Source: an uncultured Erysipelotrichaceae bacterium | Lineage (GTDB): Bacteria > Bacillota_I > Bacilli_A > RFN20 > CAG-288 | Reading direction: 5' to 3' | Length of the DNA: 35,124 nt | Assembly (NCBI GenBank): GCA_902771745.1 | Contig: CACXYG010000003.1 | Coordinates: 1-35,124 of the forward strand | The notes under the pieces: model-generated | Told to the model about the DNA's origin: nothing | The model's input: only the letters and a program-made list of their open reading frames with translations | The model's database searches: none | Part shown: positions 24,173-33,581 of the stretch, in pieces | How the letters are laid out: each line of letters opens with the position of its first letter | How positions within the stretch are numbered: position 1 is the stretch's first letter | Program-made: the position numbers and the translations under genes

Positions 24173-26998
24173 TTATTCGCTGCGCAGTGTCTCAACTGGG
24201 TTTTGACGACTTGCTTTTAAGGCTGGAATCAGCGCAGAAACGAATCCGATGACCACAGAAATACTTGTGATAATCAAAGCATGCCACCAGGTAAAGTGGC
24301 AAATATTACCGACGTTGTAATAAGAAATCGTGGAAGCGGAATTGATCAAGACATTTAACGGGAAGGATAAACCAAAAGTCATCAAGGAACCGACAACACC
24401 TGCCAAAAGACCGATGATGATGGCTTCCATTTCAAATAGTCGACTGACATCACTCTTACGAGAACCAAGAGAACGAAGTAAGCCAATCTCTTTCTTTCTC
24501 TCAAGAACGTTATTTGAAGTTAACGAAGCTGTCATCGCACTAGAGACCAGTAAGGAAATTGTCGCAAAGGCGATAAGAATCGTTGATACGAGGGTGATCA
24601 TCTCACCGACTTCCTCAATCAATTGATTGGCGTCAGAAGCAACATAATGGACCTTCTCTTCATCGGTGGTCGCATAGCTGCTATTTTGTTGTTCGGCATC
24701 ATCGTTGAAGTTATTAAAGACATCCAAGAGTTGAAGCAAAGTAGCTCTGGATGGCAAATCAACCGGGAATAAGACAATACCAGTAATCTTAGAATAAGCG
24801 TTAGCATAAGCAACTAAGGAGATAATCTCATTATAGACCGTCTGGTAATCCGGTTCGCCTTGTTCAGGCATACCAGCCTTAATAATTTTATCCATTTGTT
24901 CTTCTAAGACGGATTGCTCGGATAAATCTCGACCCAATAATTCATCGGATACTAGAGTCGCACCATGGTTAGCAGCATCACTTAAGAAACTGGAGAAACC
25001 AAGGTACATATAACCGGTTGCTTCATAAGGATAGTAATAGAAATAGCGGTTGAAGATATCATTCAAATCATCCGTTGGTAAGACATTGGACGCGGAATTG
25101 AAATAGTTATTAATTACAGCATAGACCTCGGAACAGAAGGAGGTTAAAGCATTTACTTTTTCTACACCAGCGGGTGCATGGAAGAGAATATTGTCTTTTA
25201 AATTAGTAGCCAAAGCACTCTGTTCATTCTTTGGCATCAATTCTTCTTGTAAAGAAGGTAGATAGCATAAAGCTGGCGAAAGAATAGTGAATGGAGAAGT
25301 CTGTTTTGGTCTGATGATACCGACAATCTTTAAACTTTCACCATGATTATCATAGAAGTCTTTGTTCAAAGTATTCTTGGTGTAATGATGAATGGTTCTG
25401 GTGTAATCATTAGCATCTTTTAATTCTTCCGTACTCGTCTCCGTATACAATTCATCATTATCAAAGACTTTATATTCTTTACCGAGAATATCGCTAAACG
25501 AGATTGGCTTTACCTTACTCTTCAAGGTTTCATCTTCGACATCCTCTTGTTCGTCTTGGCTGTTATAAAAACCTAACTGCTGTAAGATTCTGAAACTGAC
25601 CGCGTTATAGTTGTTGACGACCAAGACGACTTCATTCTTAGTCGTGGGTAAGTGACTCTTTTCTTCGGTTCCTGGAATCGTGAAACCTTCGGTAATCAGA
25701 TCATATTGAGAGATATCACCATAAAGGACATGGAAGATGTTGTAAGGAAGTTTGGCACTATAAGCGTAGTAGTTATAACTGGTAACAGTGGTATTCACTA
25801 GTCCTAAACCACCCTTAGAAGAACCATCTAAGGAATCTGGATAGGTGGTAGTGAGATTATAAGAATAACTATTGCTATAACTGGTGATGTACTCTCTTAA
25901 GATGCCTTCTTCTTGTAACTGGTTGAGATAAGCCATGTATTTCGGAGTGAAGTTATTATAGGTATAGGAATAGGAAGTAGAAGTATCAACCGATGGATAG
26001 ATTTCATCCACATCAGGGTAAGAGACGGATGCATTTTTGGAAGAGAAGGATTCCGTTTGACTCTTACGGTTATAAGCGGTAACGACAACTGGTAAAGAAG
26101 TCGCTGAGGCTGTAGAGAGATTATTAGAGTAATTATTAAAACCAAAGTTAATGGCAAAGAAGAAACCAATTCCAATAATACCAAATGAGTTTGCAATACT
26201 GGTTAAAATGGTTTTCGTCTTTCTGGAAAGCAAATTCTTCCAGACAAGCTTCATGCTCATCTTAAAAGATAGCTTACTCTTTTTCAGTTCTTTCTCTTCA
26301 ACTTTATTCTCTTGTTCCACCTTGTTGACTAAAACATCGGAAATCAATCTACCATCCTTGAGATTGATGATTCTATCCGCGTATTTACTAGCCAAATCCT
26401 CATTATGGGTAACCATGATGACGAGATGGTCTTTGGATAATTCTTTTAATAAATCCATGATAGAGATAGAAGTATGACTATCTAAAGCACCAGTAGGTTC
26501 ATCAGCCAGGATGATTTTTGGTGAAGTGACAAGACATCTAGCAATCGCAACACGTTGGGCCTGACCACCAGATAATTGATTTGGTTTCTTGTCTTTTAAG
26601 TCTTCAATGCCGATTTTTCTTAAGGCTTCTAACGACTTCTGATTGATTTCTTCTTCGCTGTAGTCTCTTACTGCTAACGCGACCTTGATATTATCAAGAA
26701 CACTCAATTGAGGAATCAGATAATAGTTTTGAAAGATAAAACCAATATAGTTATTTCGATAACTATCTAACTGCTCCTCACTCATGCTGGATAAGGATTT
26801 ATCATCGATGGTGATATCACCCTCTGTGATCTTATCTAATCCACCAATGCAGTTTAAAAGGGTGGTCTTACCACAACCAGAAGGGCCTAAAACAGCGACA
26901 AATTGAACCTCAGGAAAAGATAGTGAGATATCACTTAAAGCAGTAAATGGTTTGTCATCGGTGAGATAGTCTTTTCTGAGTTTCTTTATTTCTAGCAT
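24173..26998 (-). CDS. Fused ABC ATPase + FtsX-type permease (MacB-like) with a very large extracytoplasmic domain
   Basis: 941 aa. The N-terminal ATPase has GPSGCGKTT, LSGGQAQR and IILADEPTGALD. One TM at about residue 265 is followed by roughly 520 aa of soluble sequence. The C-terminal FtsX module (KKEIGLLRSLGSRKSDVSRLF) carries three TMs. Confidence 0.85.
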   Translation of the reverse strand: MLEIKKLRKDYLTDDKPFTALSDISLSFPEVQFVAVLGPSGCGKTTLLNCIGGLDKITEGDITIDDKSLSSMSEEQLDSYRNNYIGFIFQNYYLIPQLSVLDNIKVALAVRDYSEEEINQKSLEALRKIGIEDLKDKKPNQLSGGQAQRVAIARCLVTSPKIILADEPTGALDSHTSISIMDLLKELSKDHLVIMVTHNEDLASKYADRIINLKDGRLISDVLVNKVEQENKVEEKELKKSKLSFKMSMKLVWKNLLSRKTKTILTSIANSFGIIGIGFFFAINFGFNNYSNNLSTASATSLPVVVTAYNRKSQTESFSSKNASVSYPDVDEIYPSVDTSTSYSYTYNNFTPKYMAYLNQLQEEGILREYITSYSNSYSYNLTTTYPDSLDGSSKGGLGLVNTTVTSYNYYAYSAKLPYNIFHVLYGDISQYDLITEGFTIPGTEEKSHLPTTKNEVVLVVNNYNAVSFRILQQLGFYNSQDEQEDVEDETLKSKVKPISFSDILGKEYKVFDNDELYTETSTEELKDANDYTRTIHHYTKNTLNKDFYDNHGESLKIVGIIRPKQTSPFTILSPALCYLPSLQEELMPKNEQSALATNLKDNILFHAPAGVEKVNALTSFCSEVYAVINNYFNSASNVLPTDDLNDIFNRYFYYYPYEATGYMYLGFSSFLSDAANHGATLVSDELLGRDLSEQSVLEEQMDKIIKAGMPEQGEPDYQTVYNEIISLVAYANAYSKITGIVLFPVDLPSRATLLQLLDVFNNFNDDAEQQNSSYATTDEEKVHYVASDANQLIEEVGEMITLVSTILIAFATISLLVSSAMTASLTSNNVLERKKEIGLLRSLGSRKSDVSRLFEMEAIIIGLLAGVVGSLMTFGLSFPLNVLINSASTISYYNVGNICHFTWWHALIITSISVVIGFVSALIPALKASRQNPVETLRSE

Positions 26999-27642
26999 GG
27001 TAAAAGTTCAATTCTCTTGTTCAATTCATGACAAGTGATCTTGTTGGATCTTGCCAAATGAAGCATTCTCTTATAAAGTTTTTCGTTCTCATCTTCAATT
27101 TCCATCTTGGGAAGAAGATAATCTTTCGCCTTCTTGGTTGGAATCGGGATATCAAAGAAGCCTGCCTTTTCAAAGAAAGTGCAAGTCTTAACAAAATACA
27201 TGCCGCTGAGACCAGATTCCTTACGGAAGTTCTTTAAATAAGTCAAGGTAGTATCTTCATCGACACAAGTTACATAGACCTCTTTTCTAAACGCTTCAAA
27301 GGAATCATAGTGAGATAAATACTTAGCAGTTAGAAATACAGCTTGAGTAAACTTCTTATATGGAGATGGGTTTTGTGGTTTGAAGTGATCTAAGATGCGG
27401 TTAAGCTGAGCAAGGTATTGACCATGCTTCAACAAAGGACGTGGATAATAATTCTCAAACAAAGCTTTGAACTCGTCTTTATGTTCTTCAAAATGAATCT
27501 GATCTAAGGTTTCTTTGGTAACCTGAAGACTTGCTAAAAGGAAGCAGAGTTCAGAGATATTGAAAATACCTTTTCTCTTCTCTGGTTTATAGGAAGAAGT
27601 CTTGGAAATTAAATCCTGGAAGATCTCTAAATGTGTCATCAT
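26992..27642 (-). CDS. Hypothetical protein with a weak helix-hairpin-helix (Tag/HhH-GPD-like) segment
   Basis: The start at ATG 27642 is preceded by GATGAGGT. The stop overlaps the ABC gene start (ATGCTAG). GLSGMYFVKTCTFFEKAGFFDIPIP resembles the HhH region of DNA glycosylases, but no catalytic motif was recognised. Confidence 0.55.
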   Translation of the reverse strand: MMTHLEIFQDLISKTSSYKPEKRKGIFNISELCFLLASLQVTKETLDQIHFEEHKDEFKALFENYYPRPLLKHGQYLAQLNRILDHFKPQNPSPYKKFTQAVFLTAKYLSHYDSFEAFRKEVYVTCVDEDTTLTYLKNFRKESGLSGMYFVKTCTFFEKAGFFDIPIPTKKAKDYLLPKMEIEDENEKLYKRMLHLARSNKITCHELNKRIELLPC

Positions 27643-27655
27643 AATATGTACCTCA

Positions 27656-28543
27656 TCAATCCGTAGCATTTAAGAACGATAATAGTTCTTTCGCATATTT
27701 ATCATATTCTTCATAGTAAGACATGTGACGAGAGTGAGCAAAGATTACCCACTTCTTTTCACAGGTCAAAGCATCATACATCATCTTATTCTGTAGTGGT
27801 GTAGATTCATCATTAGCACCATCGGTTAAAAGGATTGGACATTTGATCATATGGAGTTTATCGAGATATTCGTAGTCCTTTAATGAACCCAATGGAGAAT
27901 ATTCACAAGGGCCCCAGGCAGATAGATAAGCCTCATCACCTCTAACTTTACTTCTGGTTAAACAATCTGGTGCCTCCTTAGGCCATGGGCCACCGACAAA
28001 ATGATGCATATAGTCTTCATCCGCCATTCTGGATTCTAAAGAATCAAATTCGTTTTTCTCTTCCGCTTTTAAAATTGCTTCTTGTTCAAACTTTGGAAGT
28101 AAACCGATTAAACGATGCGTTTCTTGTCTCCATAAACTTGCACTGGCAAGCGTAGAGGAAAAGACACAAGACTTGATTCCCTGCGGATGATAATCACAAA
28201 GATAGATGATTTCTAACATGCCACCCCAGGAGTGACCAAGGAGATGAATTTCATCTAAATGAAGTTCCTTACGAAGATTATCTAACTCTTCTACCCAGAC
28301 TTCCTTATTGAACAATTCATCATGTTTACCTTCTACAAAAGATAAACCACAACCTAATTGATCATACATGATAAAAGGACGGTCATCTTCTTGCGCCAGA
28401 TGATCTAAAAGTTCATAGGAATTATGCGTAGAGCCAGGTCCACCATGAAGGATGACAAGCGGAGTCTTCTTTCCTGTTGGATTGACGATTCGATAATATG
28501 TCTGATATCCCTTAAAAGGAAGGTAACCTTCTTTGATGTCCAT
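27656..28543 (-). CDS. pip: Proline iminopeptidase-family alpha/beta hydrolase
   Basis: 295 aa with HGGPGSTH, the nucleophile elbow GHSWGG and a late His (AHSRHM). These are typical of PepI/Pip. Confidence 0.85.
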   Translation of the reverse strand: MDIKEGYLPFKGYQTYYRIVNPTGKKTPLVILHGGPGSTHNSYELLDHLAQEDDRPFIMYDQLGCGLSFVEGKHDELFNKEVWVEELDNLRKELHLDEIHLLGHSWGGMLEIIYLCDYHPQGIKSCVFSSTLASASLWRQETHRLIGLLPKFEQEAILKAEEKNEFDSLESRMADEDYMHHFVGGPWPKEAPDCLTRSKVRGDEAYLSAWGPCEYSPLGSLKDYEYLDKLHMIKCPILLTDGANDESTPLQNKMMYDALTCEKKWVIFAHSRHMSYYEEYDKYAKELLSFLNATD

Positions 28544-28556
28544 ATGTGTTAATCCT

Positions 28557-29360
28557 CTAATGTTGAATAATGGTATCTAAGCGATCGACCACGATCAAAT
28601 CGTGCTCTTTGATGAATTCCACCGCTGCATATTCAGCTGCCTCATCCCCAATCTGTAATGGAGAATGGGCATCTGCGCCGATGATGCATTTGGCTTTGTA
28701 TTTGGATACCATCTTGAAGAAGTCATCGGTTGGATACCACCAACGTTTCTTCTTACCGACTTGTTTCTCACCCGTACGAATGCCTGCTAAATTGATTTCT
28801 AGTGGTACATCATAGGCGATACAGGCTTCAATCATTTCTCGCGAAGCCTTCTTACAATCCGAATCAAAGTTCTCGATATTTGAAAGGAAGTAATCTGGAT
28901 GGGCAAAGATTTTGAACATGCCAGAAGAGATGGCCTTGATAGCCAAATCTTTATATAAATAAATCTGAGATGGAGAAGTGATATTAGAAAAACGAGCATA
29001 GATTTCATGGTTATCATTCATCGCACAATGATTACCAAGAATCATATAATCCAAAACACCATTATCCAGCATCTCTTTATAGAAGGTGTAATAGCAAGGG
29101 AAAGATTCCGCTTCATAACCAAGATAGATGGTAATCTGATCTTTATATTTTTCTTTTAAAGAATTGATAGATGAGACATAATCATCAAACAATTCAAATT
29201 CCCCACGTTTATAAGGTTCCGAAAAACCAGGAAGCATGGCATGGTCAGAAAAACCAAGATATCTTAAACCATGTCCTAGGGCTTCTAAGATATAATCTTC
29301 ATCTTCTCCGGTGGCGTGACCACATCTTTTCGTGTGGGTATGATAATTAGCAAGAAACAT
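28557..29360 (-). CDS. PHP-family histidinol-phosphatase-like hydrolase (HisJ/HisK type)
   Basis: 267 aa with YHTHTKRCGHA at the N-terminus, FSDHA, and later HPD and ADAHS metal-ligand motifs. Confidence 0.8.
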   Translation of the reverse strand: MFLANYHTHTKRCGHATGEDEDYILEALGHGLRYLGFSDHAMLPGFSEPYKRGEFELFDDYVSSINSLKEKYKDQITIYLGYEAESFPCYYTFYKEMLDNGVLDYMILGNHCAMNDNHEIYARFSNITSPSQIYLYKDLAIKAISSGMFKIFAHPDYFLSNIENFDSDCKKASREMIEACIAYDVPLEINLAGIRTGEKQVGKKKRWWYPTDDFFKMVSKYKAKCIIGADAHSPLQIGDEAAEYAAVEFIKEHDLIVVDRLDTIIQH

Positions 29361-29396
29361 ATTGGAAATATTTTACCACTAGCCTATTTATTATTT

Positions 29397-29424
29397 GAAA
29401 TGTTGTTGTGGAAATGTTGTTATT
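29397..29424. repeat. Tandem 14-nt repeat GAAATGTTGTTGTG / GAAATGTTGTTATT in a divergent promoter region
   Basis: Two adjacent copies identical at 12 of 14 positions, with the first 11 nt (GAAATGTTGTT) identical. They lie 50 nt upstream of the macrodomain gene. Confidence 0.5.
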
Positions 29425-29474
29425 TACTATATCACAAATTGTTCTACCCACTCTTTTAGTGCTATGATTAATTT

Positions 29475-30395
29475 ATGCCATTCCTAATTATTAAAGAAGA
29501 TATCACCACACTTGATGTGGATGTCATCGTCAACGCTGCTAACACTGGTTTATATGCAGGTGGTGGTGTTTGTGGTGCTATTTTTAAAGCGGCTGGTTAT
29601 CAGCAATTAAAAGAAGCCTGTGATAAACTTTCTCCGATTTCTACAGGAGAAGCGGTGATCACTCCTGGTTTTCATCTTCCTGCAAAATACATCATTCATA
29701 CCGCTGGACCTATCTACCAAGGTGATATGAATCATGAAGACAAACTATTAAAAGCCTGCTATCAAAACAGTTTACAACTCGCTTATGATCAAGGCTTAGA
29801 AAGTATCGCCTTTCCTTTGATTTCTTCAGGTATCTATGGCTATCCCAAAGAAGAAGCTTATCAAATAGCGAAAAACACCATTGTAGAATTCCTTCAAAAT
29901 CATGAAATGATGGTGTATCTCTGTCTTTTCAAGAAGATCGAAATACCCCATGATGATTTTGACCGCTATTTAAAAATCACCCAGATATCACCTATCCATC
30001 CGATGCGTATCTATGGTGCACCAAGAGCGCTCGACGCCAGAAAAGAAATCATTCCTGAAGAATCTTTCTCAACCAAACTATTAAAACTCATCGATCAATC
30101 CAAGATGAGTGATAGTCAGTTCTATCACAAAGCCAATATGGATCGAAGACTATTTTCCAAACTGAGAAAAGAAGATTACCAGCCAAGCAAGATGACAGCC
30201 ATCTCTTGTTGTATCGCATTATCACTATCCTTAGAAGAAAGTGAAGACTTACTTGCCAGCGCAGGCTATTCCTTAAGTAAAAGCATTCTCTTTGATTGCA
30301 TCATCCGATATTGTATCCAAAATCAACAATACGATATCTTTGCCATCAACGATATGCTTCTCTTCTATGATCAGAATCTCTTAGGCCAGAATTAA
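29475..30395 (+). CDS. Macrodomain (ADP-ribose binding/hydrolase) protein fused to a C-terminal XRE-like HTH domain
   Basis: 306 aa. VDVIVNAANTGLYAGGGVCGAIFKAAG and FPLISSGIYGYP are macro motifs. The C-terminal part, FSTKLLKLIDQSKMSDSQFYHKANMDRRLFSKLRKEDYQPSK...LASAGYSL, is HTH-like. Confidence 0.8.
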   Translation: MPFLIIKEDITTLDVDVIVNAANTGLYAGGGVCGAIFKAAGYQQLKEACDKLSPISTGEAVITPGFHLPAKYIIHTAGPIYQGDMNHEDKLLKACYQNSLQLAYDQGLESIAFPLISSGIYGYPKEEAYQIAKNTIVEFLQNHEMMVYLCLFKKIEIPHDDFDRYLKITQISPIHPMRIYGAPRALDARKEIIPEESFSTKLLKLIDQSKMSDSQFYHKANMDRRLFSKLRKEDYQPSKMTAISCCIALSLSLEESEDLLASAGYSLSKSILFDCIIRYCIQNQQYDIFAINDMLLFYDQNLLGQN

Positions 30396-30396
30396 T

Positions 30397-30435
30397 GTCG
30401 CTTACCAAGCGACCATTCTGGTCTTTTTCTTTTTT
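30397..30435 (+). terminator. Terminator after the macrodomain gene (two overlapping hairpins plus T-run)
   Basis: GTCGCTT-ACC-AAGCGAC overlaps GACCA-TTC-TGGTC, which is followed by TTTTTCTTTTTT. Confidence 0.65.
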
Positions 30436-30468
30436 AAAATGATGTCAGTAACAAAGGAGAACATCATC

Positions 30469-31107
30469 ATGAAAGAAAAGAAAACAGAAGTCGTCTTCAT
30501 CTTAGACAAATCCGGTAGCATGCACGGATTAGAAAAGGATACCATCGGTGGATTCAATGCCATGCTAGAAAAGCAAAAGAAAGAAGAAGGAGAATGCTAC
30601 ATCTCTACCATTCTCTTTTCTAGCCGCAGTCAATCCTTATATCAGCACCAGGAAATCAGCACAGTAAAACCATTGACCCATAACGATTATCAAGTCGGCG
30701 GTTGTACTGCCCTTCTTGATGCGATCGGTTATGCCATTGACGATATGAAAGACTATCTCAAGATTCAAAAAGAAAAGAGAAACGTCCTTTTTATCATCAT
30801 CACCGATGGTATGGAAAACGCCTCGCATGAATATAGCAGTCGAATCATCAAGCGCATGGTCGAAGAGCAACAGGAAAAAGAAGATTGGTCCTTTACTTTC
30901 CTCGGGGCAAATATCGACGCCATTCAAACCGCTAGCGATATCGGCATCAAAAAAGAATTTGCAGCAAACTACCATAATGATTCTCTTGGCGTTCAGGAGA
31001 ACTTCAGAGCCGTATCCAATATGGTAAGACGCTACCGCGCTTGTGGCAAAATGGATGCCGACTGGAAGAAAGAAATTGATCAAGACTTTAAAAACAGAGC
31101 TCATTGA
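30469..31107 (+). CDS. von Willebrand factor type A (vWA) domain protein
   Basis: The ATG at 30469 lies 8 nt after AAGGAGA. The MIDAS motif is ILDKSGSM, followed later by ITDGMEN. Length is 212 aa. Confidence 0.8.
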   Translation: MKEKKTEVVFILDKSGSMHGLEKDTIGGFNAMLEKQKKEEGECYISTILFSSRSQSLYQHQEISTVKPLTHNDYQVGGCTALLDAIGYAIDDMKDYLKIQKEKRNVLFIIITDGMENASHEYSSRIIKRMVEEQQEKEDWSFTFLGANIDAIQTASDIGIKKEFAANYHNDSLGVQENFRAVSNMVRRYRACGKMDADWKKEIDQDFKNRAH

Positions 31108-31125
31108 CGAGCTCTGTTTTCTTTC
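31091..31125. terminator. Bidirectional terminator (vWA gene / Cof-HAD gene)
   Basis: 12-bp stem AAAACAGAGCTC / GAGCTCTGTTTT enclosing the TGA stop, with T-rich sequence on both strands. Confidence 0.8.
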
Positions 31126-31147
31126 CATAATTTAAAGTTGTTTATGA

Positions 31148-31930
31148 TTAAATAGTTCTTAATATCTTCATAACACCATCATCGTCATTACTAGAAGTTA
31201 AGAAGTTTGCTTTCTTTTTGACTTCTGGATGGGCGTTTTCCATGGCGTAGGAATATTTGCACTGCTGGAGCATTTCCACATCATTGAAATAATCACCAAA
31301 AGCCATACTTTCTTCCTGCGATATATGATATTGCTGCTGAATGGATTTTAAAGCAGCACCCTTATTGGCATCACAATTGGCAACATCAATCCAGCTGACA
31401 TCCGAGACAACCGCTGCTAAATGCTTTGGTAGATCATCAAAATAATGAGCGCTGGCTTCTGCCATCTGCTTTTTGAAATAGATAGCGAACTTCACAATAT
31501 TCTCTTCTAAGGCAACCTTGGTCAAATCATCTTCGTGATTTAATCTGGCATAGTATTGCGTCGCGTTGGCAAGTTCTTCCTCTTGAGTAGATTGCATATA
31601 ACCACCCTTGATACCACAAAGAAGAGGCGTTGCATAAGGAACATGTTCTAATAATCGTAAGGTGTTGACGACATCTTCTTTCTTCAAGACGTTCTTATAG
31701 ATGATCTCCCCACGATAAAAACATAACGTTCCATTTTCCGCAATGAAAACAAGACGATCAGCAATTTCATGAAACATTCTCTCTAATGTGTAGTATTGTC
31801 TGCCAGAGGCGATAGCAACTTTCACCTGTGGATGACTCTTAACCCAAGGAATAAAATCCTCTGGTAATCTTTTTTTACTATCGAGTAATGTTCCATCCAT
31901 GTCGACGGCAACGAGTTTTATATTCATCAT
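31148..31930 (-). CDS. Cof-type HAD-IIB family sugar-phosphate phosphatase
   Basis: The start is at the MMNIKLVAVDMDGTLL region, preceded by AAAGGAA. It has DxDGT motif I, SGR motif II and GDYFND motif IV. Confidence 0.85.
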   Translation of the reverse strand: MMNIKLVAVDMDGTLLDSKKRLPEDFIPWVKSHPQVKVAIASGRQYYTLERMFHEIADRLVFIAENGTLCFYRGEIIYKNVLKKEDVVNTLRLLEHVPYATPLLCGIKGGYMQSTQEEELANATQYYARLNHEDDLTKVALEENIVKFAIYFKKQMAEASAHYFDDLPKHLAAVVSDVSWIDVANCDANKGAALKSIQQQYHISQEESMAFGDYFNDVEMLQQCKYSYAMENAHPEVKKKANFLTSSNDDDGVMKILRTI

Positions 31931-31974
31931 GAGTTCCTTTTTGATAGTTAGATTATATACTTTTTTACATCCCC

Positions 31975-32014
31975 AAAAAATTATAAAAAGCAATAGATGA
32001 AATATCTACTGCTT
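31975..32014 (-). terminator. Rho-independent terminator of guaA
   Basis: Minus strand reads AAGCAGTAGAT-ATTTC-ATCTATTGCTT, with one G-U pair, followed by TTTATAATTTTTT. Confidence 0.75.
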
Positions 32015-32039
32015 TTTGAATTCTGATTTTATCAGATAA

Positions 32040-33581
32040 TTATTCAAGTTCGATTGTTGATGGTGGTTTAGAGGTGAAGTCATACATGACTCTGTTGACA
32101 CCCTTGACCTCATTGACGATACGATCGACAATCGTGGTCATGACATCAGCAGGAATCATCACTGGTTTGGCAGTCATGAAGTCGTCCGTCTGAACAGCTC
32201 TTAAGACAATGGCGTAATCATAGGTTCTGCTATCACCCATGACACCGACAGATCTCATATTGGATAAGGCGGCAAAGTACTGAGAAATCTCTTTATCTAA
32301 ACCAGCCTTAGCAATCTCTTCTCTGTAGATCCAATCCGCTTCCTGAACAATCTTGACCTTTTCAGCAGTGACATCACCGATGATACGGATACCAAGACCT
32401 GGGCCTGGGAATGGCTGACGATGAACGATGAAATCTGGTAAACCAAGAAGAGTACCGACCTCTCTGACTTCATCCTTGAAGAGATTCTGTAAAGGTTCGA
32501 CCAAACCTTTGAACTTCATGTTCTTTGGTAAACCACCGACATTGTGGTGGGATTTGATCTTAGCGGAGATACCTAAACCAGATTCGATTCTATCAGGATA
32601 GATGGTACCCTGAGCAAGGAATTCAACATCGCTAAGCTTATTGGTTTCTTCTTCGAAGACTTCCAAGAAGGTAGCACCGATGATCTTACGCTTCTGTTCT
32701 GGTTCAACGACGCCTTCTAACTTCTTATAGAACAAGTCTTTGGCATCGGCGCGGATGAAGTTGAGATCATACTTACCTTTTGGACCGAAGACAGCTTCGA
32801 CTTCTTCCGCTTCATTTTTTCTTAAAAGTCCGTGATCGACAAAGACACAATATAAGTTCTTACCGATGGCTTTGGATAACAAAGCGGCGACAACCGCAGA
32901 GTCAACACCGCCAGAAAGACCTAAAAGAACCTTCTTATCTCCGACCTGCTTGCGAACAAGCTCAATCTGTTCATCGATGAAAGATTCGGATTTCCAGGTA
33001 GGTTCACACTTACAGATGTTTAAAACGAAGTTTTCAATCGACTTCTGACCTTCAATGGTGTGTCTTACTTCTGGATGGAACTGAGTAGCGTAAATATTTC
33101 TTTCCTTAGATTCATAGGAGGCAATTGGACAATTATCGGTTTTAGAAGTGACGACAAAGCCTTCTGGTACTTCACTGATTCTATCAGTGTGAGACATGAA
33201 GACTTCGGTATGCTTGCTGAAACGATCCAATAAAAGAGAATCCGCTATGATATCGACATCAGTCTTACCATATTCGCTGATATCCGCGTGAATGACCTTA
33301 CCACCTAACTGATGGGCGATCATCTGAGCGCCATAGCAAATACCGAAAATCGGTTTGCCTAAGGCATAGATTTCCTTGCTGATGAGTGGAGAATTTTCTA
33401 AATAGCAGCTGTTTGGACCACCAGTAAAGATGAATCCTTTGACTGTTGGATCCTTTAACTTTTCGATATCGATAGTATAAGGAACAACTTCAGAATAAAC
33501 ATGACATTGACGGACACGTCTAGCGATGAGTTGATTGTACTGACCGCCAAAATCAATTACGAGAATTTTATCTTGGTTCAT
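32040..33581 (-). CDS. guaA: GMP synthase (glutamine-hydrolysing)
   Basis: 513 aa. The N-terminal GATase has GICYGAQ, the ATP-PPase P-loop is GLSGGVDS, and the C-terminus is the conserved PPSTIELE. Confidence 0.97.
   Translation of the reverse strand: MNQDKILVIDFGGQYNQLIARRVRQCHVYSEVVPYTIDIEKLKDPTVKGFIFTGGPNSCYLENSPLISKEIYALGKPIFGICYGAQMIAHQLGGKVIHADISEYGKTDVDIIADSLLLDRFSKHTEVFMSHTDRISEVPEGFVVTSKTDNCPIASYESKERNIYATQFHPEVRHTIEGQKSIENFVLNICKCEPTWKSESFIDEQIELVRKQVGDKKVLLGLSGGVDSAVVAALLSKAIGKNLYCVFVDHGLLRKNEAEEVEAVFGPKGKYDLNFIRADAKDLFYKKLEGVVEPEQKRKIIGATFLEVFEEETNKLSDVEFLAQGTIYPDRIESGLGISAKIKSHHNVGGLPKNMKFKGLVEPLQNLFKDEVREVGTLLGLPDFIVHRQPFPGPGLGIRIIGDVTAEKVKIVQEADWIYREEIAKAGLDKEISQYFAALSNMRSVGVMGDSRTYDYAIVLRAVQTDDFMTAKPVMIPADVMTTIVDRIVNEVKGVNRVMYDFTSKPPSTIELE

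Noticed and set aside
30637-31128. 163-aa ORF antisense to the vWA gene
   Set aside because: It lies entirely within and opposite a well-supported vWA CDS. It has no SD, and its composition (Cys/Phe/Ile-rich, no motif) looks like a shadow ORF.
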